Shown here one piece after another: positions 52,650 through 61,826 of a DNA stretch of 62,658 nucleotides. The first letter of the stretch is position 1. Each line of letters opens with the position of its first letter. The notes beneath the pieces were generated by a model that worked only from the letters and a program-made list of their open reading frames with translations, made no database searches and was not told the origin of the DNA. Made by a program: the position numbers and the translations under genes. Location of the stretch: assembly GCA_041576975.1 (NCBI GenBank), contig JBFGJY010000005.1, positions 1-62,658 of the forward strand. Direction: 5' to 3'. The DNA is from Gammaproteobacteria bacterium (lineage in GTDB: Bacteria > Pseudomonadota > Gammaproteobacteria > UBA4575).

Positions 52650-54396
52650 TACTCGCTCCCATGGTTTGTGGTATCAACATTTCATCTTCGATGTTGTGCA
52701 ATTCGCCAGCCTGTGCTGTCGGTACTATTTCAATGCCATGTTTACTGGCCCAGGCCTCACCGGCATAATAAGAATATTCGGTGTCTGCGGCGTCACCCAT
52801 TGGTTGATAGGCATAGTGTGACTCGGTGGCCTTGAGTGCCGGATGATTCAAGGCCGCACGGTCGACACTAGAAATTTTCAGCGGCTTGCCGGTAAGCGGG
52901 TCCTTAAATGCTGACAATGAGAGTACGTAATACGATAAAGCCCAACGATCTTCCTCGGATTGCGTATCGGCGTAAGACGGCATTGGTGTTCCACTTAAGC
53001 CGTTGCTCATGGTGCGATAGATATCTTTAACCGAAGGGCCAGATTTGAATTGACCCGTAGTCAGGTCCGCCGGTCGAATTGGATAACCGAAGTCGTCTTC
53101 GAGTTCGGCCGCCTTCTCACCATCGCCCTTACCGGTATCGCCATGACATTCCCAGCATTTGGCCTCTTGCCAAACATCTTTTCCATGCGCCACGATCTCA
53201 GCCGAGGGTGTCGGTGCCTCACCGATAAATATCGGTGGCTCAATCGGTTCTTCAACAAAATAAAAATACGGGTAATCTGGATCGCTCTTGTCTACGGCAA
53301 GTTCATATTTAATGTATTGAACCACTGCGAGGCGATCTTTTTCCTGCAGGTTATGCCAGGTCGGCATGGCCGAGCCACGTACTCCGCGTGACAGTGTGCG
53401 TAGTAAATCACCGTCGGTAGGCAAGGACCCTGATGGCGTGAGGTGGAATTTGAACACGCCGAGGGTAAAGTCGCGGGGTCGAAATTCCGTCATAAAGGTG
53501 GCTGCTGGGCCGTTACCATTTCCAGTTTCACCGTGGCAGCCTAGGCAGCGTCGTCGGTAAACTTCTTTTCCATAATCAACCCATTCCTCGGAACGTGGAA
53601 TCGAACCTTGCATTGCCCCCACCAATTGTGGCTCGAATCGATCTCGCCATTTGCCACGATTAGTACCGAGCTTTTGCAAATAGGCCACCAAAGCCTTTAG
53701 TTCCTCAGTAACGGCGATCAGCTCAACTTTGTCCCCGGTATACTCATCATTAGGAGTGAAGATAATCGGGTATTTGCCGCGTTCCTTAACATAGGTCAGA
53801 CCCTCAGCATTGGGGGTGAGCAAGATAGTTTCTTGGCTAGTGAAGTCGAATAGCTTCTTAGTTTCTTCATTTGCAGCAAGTGTCTTATTGCCGGTTTCAT
53901 CTGTGACGATCTCGGCAACATAGGGCCCCTCAAAGTAGTAGGCAAATCGCGGCATGATGGAGTCGGGAGAAATCATGCGTGGGTCCCAAAAATGGGCAAT
54001 GTGCCATTCGTCGCTATATTTCAATCCTACCCGCGAGAGATCTGGTCCGATTCGGCGCGTTGAAAATAGATGCGGTTGGTCATACGCATACTCACCGGAC
54101 TGGGTTACTGGCCCCCAGCGACGGGTCTCGCCAGTTACTGGGCGCACGAATTGCGAGTGACAAAACCAACAGCCATCACGGATATACAAGCGCCGACCGT
54201 GCGCCTCAAGTTCGGTATAATCAGTAGCCTCGTCTTCCATCCACTTTAGTTCACCAAGGTCAGTGCGTACTACCTTAGTAATTTTAGTGGTAGTCGATTC
54301 CGGTTCCAACCAGGGCAACAGACCTTGAGTAAACACCGCCAGAAAAAAGAACCCCACACCCGCAATCAAGCTTACATTACGGGCAGTCATGTTCAT
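52642..54396 (-). CDS. CcoO-like subunit fused to two further cytochrome c domains (trihaem)
   Basis: GRRLYIRDGCWFCHSQFVRP, RRIGPDL, SIMP; plus CLGCH and CWECH. Confidence 0.85.
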   Translation of the reverse strand: MNMTARNVSLIAGVGFFFLAVFTQGLLPWLEPESTTTKITKVVRTDLGELKWMEDEATDYTELEAHGRRLYIRDGCWFCHSQFVRPVTGETRRWGPVTQSGEYAYDQPHLFSTRRIGPDLSRVGLKYSDEWHIAHFWDPRMISPDSIMPRFAYYFEGPYVAEIVTDETGNKTLAANEETKKLFDFTSQETILLTPNAEGLTYVKERGKYPIIFTPNDEYTGDKVELIAVTEELKALVAYLQKLGTNRGKWRDRFEPQLVGAMQGSIPRSEEWVDYGKEVYRRRCLGCHGETGNGNGPAATFMTEFRPRDFTLGVFKFHLTPSGSLPTDGDLLRTLSRGVRGSAMPTWHNLQEKDRLAVVQYIKYELAVDKSDPDYPYFYFVEEPIEPPIFIGEAPTPSAEIVAHGKDVWQEAKCWECHGDTGKGDGEKAAELEDDFGYPIRPADLTTGQFKSGPSVKDIYRTMSNGLSGTPMPSYADTQSEEDRWALSYYVLSLSAFKDPLTGKPLKISSVDRAALNHPALKATESHYAYQPMGDAADTEYSYYAGEAWASKHGIEIVPTAQAGELHNIEDEMLIPQTMGASND

Positions 54397-55823
54397 GACG
54401 TTACTCCTTGCGTGGCCACATCCAGCCCAGGGTGGGTCTCTGTTCTGGCCGGCTTAATCGCCGTTAAGGCAAAATTAACGACCAATAAGGTCATGCCCAA
54501 GTCCATCAAGATGCCGGCCACGGTACGCACCAGCCAGTAGGGTCGGACCGCGACTATGGTATCTAGCCACTCGGTACCGGCCATCCACATATAGCCTTGC
54601 TGTAACCCAAGGGCGGTCAGGTCTAGTCCCATCAAAGTGATACCAAAAGTGATCAACCAAAACGACCAATTGCCCATACGAAATGACCACAACGGCTTGC
54701 CTAATAAACGCGGTAGTACATATACCGTTCCGCCAATGGCCCATACCACGAAAGTGCCAAACACCGTCAAGTGCGAGTGTGAGATAACAAAGTCGGTAAA
54801 GTGTGTGGGTTGTTGAATTGCGCGCAGCGCCTCGGTGGAGCCTTGAAAACAACCGACAAGATACATGAGTGACCCCATGATCAGAAACTTTGCCGTTAGA
54901 TTTTGACTAAAGGTATTCCATCTACCGATCATGGTGCCGAAGAAGTTTTGCAGCACCGTCCATACCGGAATGATCAACAGCATGGAAGTAATGATGGCCA
55001 GCGTCTCGGCCCAATCCGCAATCGGACTATATAGATAATGGTGGATGCCTACAAAAGGATAAAATAGTGCCAACGACCAAAATCCGACTAAGGACAACTT
55101 ATGGCTATAGATGGGATTTCTGACGCTGGCGGGTAAAAAATAGTAGATCAGCACATAACCTGCCGGGGTGATCCACAGCCCCACGATGTAATGAATAAAT
55201 AACCCGTGGAAGGCGGCGCTGTTAATGCCAGAGATAGTATAAGGTAAAATAAAACTGCCGAGGATCAGATTCAGCACCGTCCATATGAAGGCCGCCAGCA
55301 AATACCATAGTGCGACGTACAGTTGTGGTTCCTTACGCCGGCCGATGGTGATTACAAACTGAACAGTCGCTAGAGTGACGACTGTGAAGATGATGCTGTC
55401 CGTCAACAATGGAAACTCCCCGGCCTCCAATGCTTGTGCATGGCCCATCACCATTAATGCTATTCCCAACAATAGATTCAGGTTCCATACCCATACCAGC
55501 CAGTGGCCCCAATGCCCATTCCAGATGCGCACCCCACATAAGCGCGGCACCAGGTAATAGCACAAGCCGATAAATAGCGTGGAAAAGGCACCGAAGATCA
55601 CACCATTGACATGCAAGGGGCGTAAGCGCCCAAAGGTGAGATATTCGGAGGTGCCCAGATAGTCGGGATAGTTAAACAGGCTGGAGATAGCCGCACCGAT
55701 AGAAGGGGTAAACATCAACCAAAACAGGCCCCAATATAGCCATTTACGTACTAAGGCAAAATCGACCAATTCATCTAAGTCGGGGCGAGCATCTTCAGCT
55801 GGGCGCGTGATTGCATCAGACAT
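54393..55823 (-). CDS. ccoN: Divergent cbb3-type (family C) haem-copper oxidase subunit I
   Basis: FGRLRPLH, IHYIVG, YPFVGIHH, HFTDFVISHSH: six His ligands and helix-VII Tyr present. Confidence 0.85.
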   Translation of the reverse strand: MSDAITRPAEDARPDLDELVDFALVRKWLYWGLFWLMFTPSIGAAISSLFNYPDYLGTSEYLTFGRLRPLHVNGVIFGAFSTLFIGLCYYLVPRLCGVRIWNGHWGHWLVWVWNLNLLLGIALMVMGHAQALEAGEFPLLTDSIIFTVVTLATVQFVITIGRRKEPQLYVALWYLLAAFIWTVLNLILGSFILPYTISGINSAAFHGLFIHYIVGLWITPAGYVLIYYFLPASVRNPIYSHKLSLVGFWSLALFYPFVGIHHYLYSPIADWAETLAIITSMLLIIPVWTVLQNFFGTMIGRWNTFSQNLTAKFLIMGSLMYLVGCFQGSTEALRAIQQPTHFTDFVISHSHLTVFGTFVVWAIGGTVYVLPRLLGKPLWSFRMGNWSFWLITFGITLMGLDLTALGLQQGYMWMAGTEWLDTIVAVRPYWLVRTVAGILMDLGMTLLVVNFALTAIKPARTETHPGLDVATQGVTS

Positions 55824-55919
55824 GTACTACGACCTCTCTTTTTATATCATCACGCACATTTTATGCGCGTGACATTTTTTATTTTTTACCGCCGTTTTGT
55901 ATGCTTTAAACCAGAAAAC

Positions 55920-56375
55920 TTAGTGGACTCCTGGAGTTAACGGTGAATCTCGATTAGAGTGATAGATATACGCCTCTAATGCCTTCATCGCAGCGCTATC
56001 CGATTCAATTTTTATTCCCTGATTCGGCTTTTCAATGCACCAGTTAATCATGTCACGCAATGTCGCGAATTCATTCATCTGTTCTTGAAACTTAGGAAAT
56101 TCATGCGGGTGCACATCAGCGGAATTAGGATGACACATGGCACACGCCATGCCTGTTTCACTAAGCGTCACACCAAATTCCTTTTCTGTAGCGGGGTCAC
56201 CGTGAAATAGCAAGTCACCTTTATTCACATTTTCCATGTATACCTCATGAAACGCTTGTAGTGTTTCAGCATCGTGTTCTTTTTTATGTGCAAGAGCCCA
56301 AGTCGTTGCAACGATAGCGAACACAAAAATAAAACCCGTTATCACTCTTACCCATCGATTATCAGTTTTATTCAT
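55920..56375 (-). CDS. Monohaem cytochrome c, SoxA/TsdA-like domain
   Basis: CAMCH plus LRDMINWCIEKPNQG..ALEAYI (candidate Cys ligand). Confidence 0.7.
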   Translation of the reverse strand: MNKTDNRWVRVITGFIFVFAIVATTWALAHKKEHDAETLQAFHEVYMENVNKGDLLFHGDPATEKEFGVTLSETGMACAMCHPNSADVHPHEFPKFQEQMNEFATLRDMINWCIEKPNQGIKIESDSAAMKALEAYIYHSNRDSPLTPGVH

Positions 56376-56458
56376 AACTATTCCCTCCTAAGGGAAGCAG
56401 TTTGTTTTTCACAAACTTATTTATCTTTTTTATCTCTATCTATGGCTAGAATTATTGA

Positions 56459-57607
56459 CTAGTACGGCCACATATTATCTGCGGTACGGCCATGTAAGTT
56501 TTGCGTCGGATTATCGCCAGTACCCGAATCAACCGCCTTGTTTGCAAACACTTTACCTTCACGTTCATTCCACATCATGTATTGGTGTTCAAAACTACCG
56601 TCAGCGTTTGCAGTCATTTTGTCCCAACCGAGACCATCAAAGTGATCGCCGATATCTACACGAATCATCGGTGTGGTTAATGCAGGTACGCCTTCAGGGG
56701 CATATGGCCAAGGCCATGAAGTAGCCAGCATGCCAATGAATTTCATGTTGCCAATTTCGTTATAAAGCACCTGGTGAGTATGACCATGGAAATTGGTAAC
56801 ATTATTATGCGTCTGTAAAATCTCATGCACTTCCCGCCAATCACGCACCCAAAAATTCCAAGGTGGATAGTATTGATAGAGTGGGTTATGACTGAAGATC
56901 ACTAGCGGTTTATCTTTTGGCCAGTCTGAAATCGCATCTTGTAGCCATTTAAGTTGATTATGCCCAAGACCTGCCCAAGGACCCGCCACTGTGCCATCCA
57001 GGGCCTCCATATGCCCCATGCGCTCTTTGGCCGTCATCTTTTTGGCCGACCAATAATCGGGTGCAAAACCAACGGTGTTTAAGCCTACAAAGCGCACACC
57101 TTTATGATCAAACTTCCAGGGACTGCCGCCAAAGTGTTTTTCCCATTTTTTACCCATGTCCAGATACCAATCGTGTTCACCTGGAATAAACACCTTTTTA
57201 ATTTTAATTTCTTTAAGCAATTCAACACCTAGATCAATTTCTACCGGATCGCCCTTTTGCGCAAGATCACCGCCAAATAGCACAAAGTCTGCAGCTGGTT
57301 TCATACCTTGAACTTCTTGAAATGCCCTTACAGTTTTCTCTACGAAACGCGTATTCAAAGCTCTGGGATACAGATGGGTATCTGAAATCCAGGCAAATTT
57401 GAAGGATTCAGTTGCCGCTGAAGCTACATCAATGGTGTTGAGTAGTGGGAACCAACCAGCGGCGGCTACACCCGCAGCAGTGCCTGCCGCTAAGGATCGG
57501 TTTAAAAAAATCCGCCGAGTAATTTTAAAACTTTTATCGATGCCTTTCTCTGCCTCACGTAACGCGCATTCCTTTTCACGTTGTTCTTGTTTGCTAGGTT
57601 TTTTCAT
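56459..57607 (-). CDS. Tat-exported calcineurin-like metallophosphoesterase
   Basis: TRRIFL twin-Arg signal; SDTH, GGDL, GEHD, SH, GHTH. Confidence 0.85.
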   Translation of the reverse strand: MKKPSKQEQREKECALREAEKGIDKSFKITRRIFLNRSLAAGTAAGVAAAGWFPLLNTIDVASAATESFKFAWISDTHLYPRALNTRFVEKTVRAFQEVQGMKPAADFVLFGGDLAQKGDPVEIDLGVELLKEIKIKKVFIPGEHDWYLDMGKKWEKHFGGSPWKFDHKGVRFVGLNTVGFAPDYWSAKKMTAKERMGHMEALDGTVAGPWAGLGHNQLKWLQDAISDWPKDKPLVIFSHNPLYQYYPPWNFWVRDWREVHEILQTHNNVTNFHGHTHQVLYNEIGNMKFIGMLATSWPWPYAPEGVPALTTPMIRVDIGDHFDGLGWDKMTANADGSFEHQYMMWNEREGKVFANKAVDSGTGDNPTQNLHGRTADNMWPY

Positions 57608-57658
57608 TTGATTCCTCCGCGTTCTTGCGTCATATCTATTTAGTTATTATTAAAATAA

Positions 57659-58420
57659 TTATTTTTTCAGTTCGAGAGATAGCTCTGTGGTTTCGCCTTC
57701 TTTCACACTTACAGAAACTTCTATTGGTCCGGTATATTCTTGCGTGGCTATTAAGGTGTAGTCCCCGGGTGGCACATCCGTTAAGGAAAAGCTGCCATCT
57801 TCAGTCGTTAAAGTGTAATAAGGGCTGTCTGCTACATAGACCCAACCTAGCATCCAACCATGCGCATCACAATCAACACGAACTTTGCCAGGACGTTTTA
57901 ATTGCTTGGTTATGCTGTCGCCTTTATTTGGCAGTGCTAAGTTAAATGCCGTGCGTTTACCATAATACCCATGTGTGTTATGCAAAATAGGATCTTCATT
58001 GATAATTTCAATATCACCTGCGCGTACAACTTGCACATGAGGCTCGAAGATGCAGTCTTTATTAGAGATATATGGTGGTTCTTTTGGCGCTTCCCACGCT
58101 TTGCCTTTAGCAACTTTTTTCAAGTAGACAACTGCGTCTTGCACGCCTTTATTTTCATCAACTAAAATTTTTGCTTCATCACGAATGCCGCCACAGATTT
58201 TTTTGTCTTTTGTGGGAATCACTTTCTTCTTAGGCACACTCCCTTGATAAGTTACTTTGCCACTAATGGTGCCGCCATTAGCAACTTCTATTTCTTCATA
58301 GGCTTGAACTGAAAGACCAATACTGAGCAGGAATAAAATACAAATGGCGTGGAAGATTGCACGAGGGAACTTCATCGGTAGTTGCTCTGCATGTTTTGGG
58401 TTATACATGTCTTTTATCAA
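57659..58420 (-). CDS. Exported cupredoxin-like protein with carboxypeptidase-regulatory-like domain (start uncertain)
   Basis: HNTH and CDAHGWM type-1 Cu-like ligands; DGSFSLTDVPPGDY. Confidence 0.75.
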   Translation of the reverse strand: MIKDMYNPKHAEQLPMKFPRAIFHAICILFLLSIGLSVQAYEEIEVANGGTISGKVTYQGSVPKKKVIPTKDKKICGGIRDEAKILVDENKGVQDAVVYLKKVAKGKAWEAPKEPPYISNKDCIFEPHVQVVRAGDIEIINEDPILHNTHGYYGKRTAFNLALPNKGDSITKQLKRPGKVRVDCDAHGWMLGWVYVADSPYYTLTTEDGSFSLTDVPPGDYTLIATQEYTGPIEVSVSVKEGETTELSLELKK

Positions 58421-58646
58421 CCTTATTCTTAATTTTTAGATTTATTCTATATTTAAACTAAGTCTAAGTATTTGCAAATTTAATGTGCTTATTTCTGGAA
58501 TAAGTTGAATTGATAAATTTATAAAGCAAATTTATTCCAACAAACTCAGTATTAAAGTTAAGCAGCAGAATTATTGTATTTTTTATCAGCCATCGCACAC
58601 CACATTAATTAGGTTTAACGTTCTGAAATCTTATAGGTTATAAGAT

Positions 58647-58691
58647 TAATTTAGACAAAGTCTAAATTATTTGATTTAAATCAATTCTAAA
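58647..58691. promoter_or_regulatory. FNR box plus TTTAGAC-N3-GTCTAAA palindrome
   Basis: TTGAT-TTAA-ATCAA at 58671-58684; TAATTTAGAC-AAA-GTCTAAATTA at 58647-58669. Confidence 0.65.
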
Positions 58692-58748
58692 TTAAGAAAT
58701 TTTTTTTGTTGATTTTTTATTGAAAAAAACCAGGTCTTAATTATTCCG

Positions 58749-58778
58749 AATGTCCACTTTGAGTTGAAAGCGGTAATA
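58749..58778. repeat. Palindromic cassette-boundary site R6 (right end of respiratory island)
   Basis: AATGTCCACTT-TGAGTTGA-AAGCGGTAATA. Confidence 0.72.
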
Positions 58779-58810
58779 AAGATTTAAAATATAGAATTTG
58801 TTTCCAGCAC

Positions 58811-58965
58811 CGCACATCACGCTAAGAAAAACAAGGACTTGTCGTGGAACGGCAAAGTGTTGTACGAGCGCAGCGAGTTCACGTGCCGCCAAAAAGAGCG
58901 AGCATTCGAGGATTAAGTGATGTGCGACGCAAATGCTTTTGGGTACTTTTGGAGAAACAAAAGTA
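58811..58965. repeat. Structured intergenic element downstream of ntrC
   Basis: CGCACATCAC/GTGATGTGCG perfect IR enclosing GAGCGCAGCGAGTT; TACTTTTG/CAAAAGTA hairpin. Confidence 0.5.
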
Positions 58966-59060
58966 TTCTCTCTTGTAAGAAAAATTAAAAAGTAGTTTTT
59001 GCTAATGAGAGAGCGAAAAAGATTCTGAGTAGTTACCACGGAATAATTAACAAATCAAAT

Positions 59061-60470
59061 TTATGACTGAAACAACCCCAGCTCTTGAATCTTCCTGGTC
59101 AATGTATTTCTACCCCATCCCAATAGCTTCGCCGCTTCTTGTCGTTTACCACCAGATTTTCGCATTGCCGCTTTAATCATAATTGATTCAAACAATGGTA
59201 AGGCTTGATCCAAAATTGCTTTGCCACCTTTTGACATCTCGCGATCGGCCCATTCGCTTAGCAAGCTTTGCCAATCAGATGATATTTCTGTAGACATTTC
59301 ATCTTTGAGCATTTCTGCAGGTAAATCCTGCATATGGATTTCATTTGCCGAGGCCATCACAGTTAACCAGCGACAAACATTTTCAAGCTGACGGACATTA
59401 CCTGGCCATTTTAAAGCGCTTAAAAATTCCACGACTTCATTAGTGAGTTTTTTTGGTTCAGTTTCTAATTCCATCGCAGAACTTTGCATAAAATGCTGTA
59501 ATAGAATAGGGATATCTTCTTTACGTTCATGCAAAGCAGGAAGGTGAATACGAATAACATTGAGGCGATGAAACAAGTCTTCACGGAATTCCCCGTCACG
59601 TACTCTCGCCTCTAAATTTTGATGCGTAGCGGCAATAATACGCACATCTGCCTTGATAGGGTCGTGTCCACCAACTCGGTAAAAGTGTCCATCTGATAAC
59701 ACACGTAACAAACGCGTTTGTAAATCCTGGGGCATGTCACCAATCTCATCTAAAAATAATGTGCCTTGATGGGCTTGTTCAAAACGACCTTTGCGTAAAT
59801 TTTGTGCGCCAGTAAAAGCGCCCTTTTCGTGCCCAAATAATTCTGACTCAAGTAACTCACGTGGAATCGCTGCCATGTTCAAGGCAATAAAAGGTCCCAG
59901 TACGCGTGGGCTGTGTTCATGTAAAGCATGTGCCACCAACTCTTTGCCGCTGCCCGAGGCACCATTAATAAGTACTGTCATGTTTGAATTGGATAATCTC
60001 CCAATAGCACGAAATACCTCTTGCATTGCGGGCGATTCACCAATGATTTTAGACGTTTTATTCGCAGAGGAGACATCCTTTTCGGTGCTAGTGACTTCTT
60101 CACTAGCAGCCAAACAAGCACGTTTGGTTAATTCTACGGCCTCATCGACATCAAATGGCTTGGGGAGATATTCAAATGCACCTTTTTGATAGGCACCAAC
60201 AGCGCTTTGTAAATCAGAATGCGCAGTCATGATGATAATAGGCAAACCTGGATGATCCGTTTTAATTCGATCTAAAAATTCAAATCCGTTCATTCCTGGC
60301 ATACGCACATCGGTAAGAATGGCAGATGGAACATCATGTTCTAACTCATGCATTGCTGTAGTCGCTGATGCAAATGTTGTAACAGGGATGTGTGCTTTTT
60401 CAAATGCACGCTCCAACACAAAACGCATCGACTGATCATCATCTATAACCCAAACATTAGTATCTCTCAT
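59061..60470 (-). CDS. ntrC: Nitrogen regulator NtrC
   Basis: Receiver domain, GASGSGKE, GAFTGA, LLGWGRNTLTRK. Confidence 0.97.
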   Translation of the reverse strand: MRDTNVWVIDDDQSMRFVLERAFEKAHIPVTTFASATTAMHELEHDVPSAILTDVRMPGMNGFEFLDRIKTDHPGLPIIIMTAHSDLQSAVGAYQKGAFEYLPKPFDVDEAVELTKRACLAASEEVTSTEKDVSSANKTSKIIGESPAMQEVFRAIGRLSNSNMTVLINGASGSGKELVAHALHEHSPRVLGPFIALNMAAIPRELLESELFGHEKGAFTGAQNLRKGRFEQAHQGTLFLDEIGDMPQDLQTRLLRVLSDGHFYRVGGHDPIKADVRIIAATHQNLEARVRDGEFREDLFHRLNVIRIHLPALHERKEDIPILLQHFMQSSAMELETEPKKLTNEVVEFLSALKWPGNVRQLENVCRWLTVMASANEIHMQDLPAEMLKDEMSTEISSDWQSLLSEWADREMSKGGKAILDQALPLFESIMIKAAMRKSGGKRQEAAKLLGWGRNTLTRKIQELGLFQS

Positions 60471-60471
60471 C

Positions 60472-61614
60472 TCATGACTTCATTTTCTGTTTTGTTTTAG
60501 TGAAATAATCTACATTATTTATTGGCAGTAACACACGAAATTCTGTCTGACCCGGTTTCGAATCAAACTCAATTAAACCCCCATGTAGATTTATTAAATT
60601 CTGCGCAATCGGTAATCCCAATCCTATTCCTTCTTCATCCCCCGATACCATAGGGAAGAAAATTTGTGGTTTGAGTTCATCTGCTACACCAGGACCATTA
60701 TCAACAACACATATTTGCGCGACTAGTCGATGACATGTATCTACTATCGTAAATTGTCGTAACACACGTGTCTTTACTGTAACTTCGCCAATTGAATCCA
60801 TGGCATATACCGCATTGCGAACAATGTTCAAAATAGCTTGTACCAACAAATCACGATCGGCATGAATAAGAGGAATGCTTGGATCGTAATCAGTCTTGAA
60901 TGTAATACCACTAGGAGTTTCAGCTAATGCTAGATGGCGAATATGTTCTAGAACGTCATGAATATTTATCTCTTGTTTTTGCGGAACAATGTTTGGTCCG
61001 AGCATTCGATCAACTAATTTACGTAATCGATCGGCTTCACTAATAATCACATCGGTATATTCGTCTAGGCCTTGTTCTGTAATTTCTCCAGCTAATAATT
61101 GCGCTGCACCACGCAACCCACCTAGCGGGTTTTTAATCTCATGTGCGAGTCCGCGTAGCATGCTTTGCGTTGCCTGACTTTCAAGCAACAAATGTTCTTC
61201 ACGAGCTATGCGTAACATACGATCCACTTGAGTAATTTCAAGTAAACATTCAGTTTTTTCCGCTTTGGTAAAAATGGGTGTTATAGAACAATCGATGGTC
61301 ATCTCTCCTCTGCCTAAACGTTTCAAGCAAACTTCTCGCTCAGTGATGGGATGCCCCGTCTGAATCGATTGTTGAATGTGAGGGATAAACTCACCATCGA
61401 TATCATGAATAAAATCCGTTAGTAGATGATGAAGTGCATGCCGTATCCCCGTGCCCAATAATTCTTCGGCTGCAGGATTGAGATAAGTTAGGCGTAATTC
61501 ATCATCGACCAACAATATGGCCACGGTTAAATTATCGAAAACTTTTTTATATTCCATGTTGGCAGGCGCAACGGCGGAAACTTCGCTGAATACATGGCTA
61601 ATTGCGTTGGTCAT
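60472..61614 (-). CDS. ntrB: Sensor kinase NtrB (true start may be ATG at 61557)
   Basis: PAS, LAHEIKNPLGG, DYDPSIP, DNGPG, GLGL. Confidence 0.95.
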   Translation of the reverse strand: MTNAISHVFSEVSAVAPANMEYKKVFDNLTVAILLVDDELRLTYLNPAAEELLGTGIRHALHHLLTDFIHDIDGEFIPHIQQSIQTGHPITEREVCLKRLGRGEMTIDCSITPIFTKAEKTECLLEITQVDRMLRIAREEHLLLESQATQSMLRGLAHEIKNPLGGLRGAAQLLAGEITEQGLDEYTDVIISEADRLRKLVDRMLGPNIVPQKQEINIHDVLEHIRHLALAETPSGITFKTDYDPSIPLIHADRDLLVQAILNIVRNAVYAMDSIGEVTVKTRVLRQFTIVDTCHRLVAQICVVDNGPGVADELKPQIFFPMVSGDEEGIGLGLPIAQNLINLHGGLIEFDSKPGQTEFRVLLPINNVDYFTKTKQKMKS

Positions 61615-61626
61615 AGCGGAAATTTT

Positions 61627-61762
61627 TGCAAGATTCGATCCAACCCCTAAACACAGTAAAAGCCAACAAAATCAGGAGCTTATCTTCCATAGCGATACAT
61701 GATCGCACTATATTAGAGCAAAGCAATTATAATTCAAGTGCAGTATGCACTATTTTAGGGCT
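61627..61762 (-). promoter_or_regulatory. Sigma-54 promoter with two NtrC-like sites upstream of ntrB
   Basis: TGGATCGAATCTTGCA (GG-N10-GC, 61642-61627); CGCACTA-N3-TAGAGCA (61704) and TGCACTA-N3-TAGGGCT (61746). Confidence 0.6.
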
Positions 61763-61826
61763 GAAGTGGGACTATTAGGATACTGGGTCAGCAGGGATGA
61801 CTTATAGTATTGAGCTACATTTTGAC

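Larger units (their letters stand above)
48312..58778. mobile_element. Respiratory genomic island bounded by R5 and R6
   Basis: Single minus-strand gene block between core genes pyrD and ntrC; visibly GC-richer coding sequence; palindromic sites at both ends. Confidence 0.6.

Noticed and set aside
58737-59039. 100-aa minus-strand ORF
   Set aside because: Spans R6 and the structured element; no motif; probably spurious.
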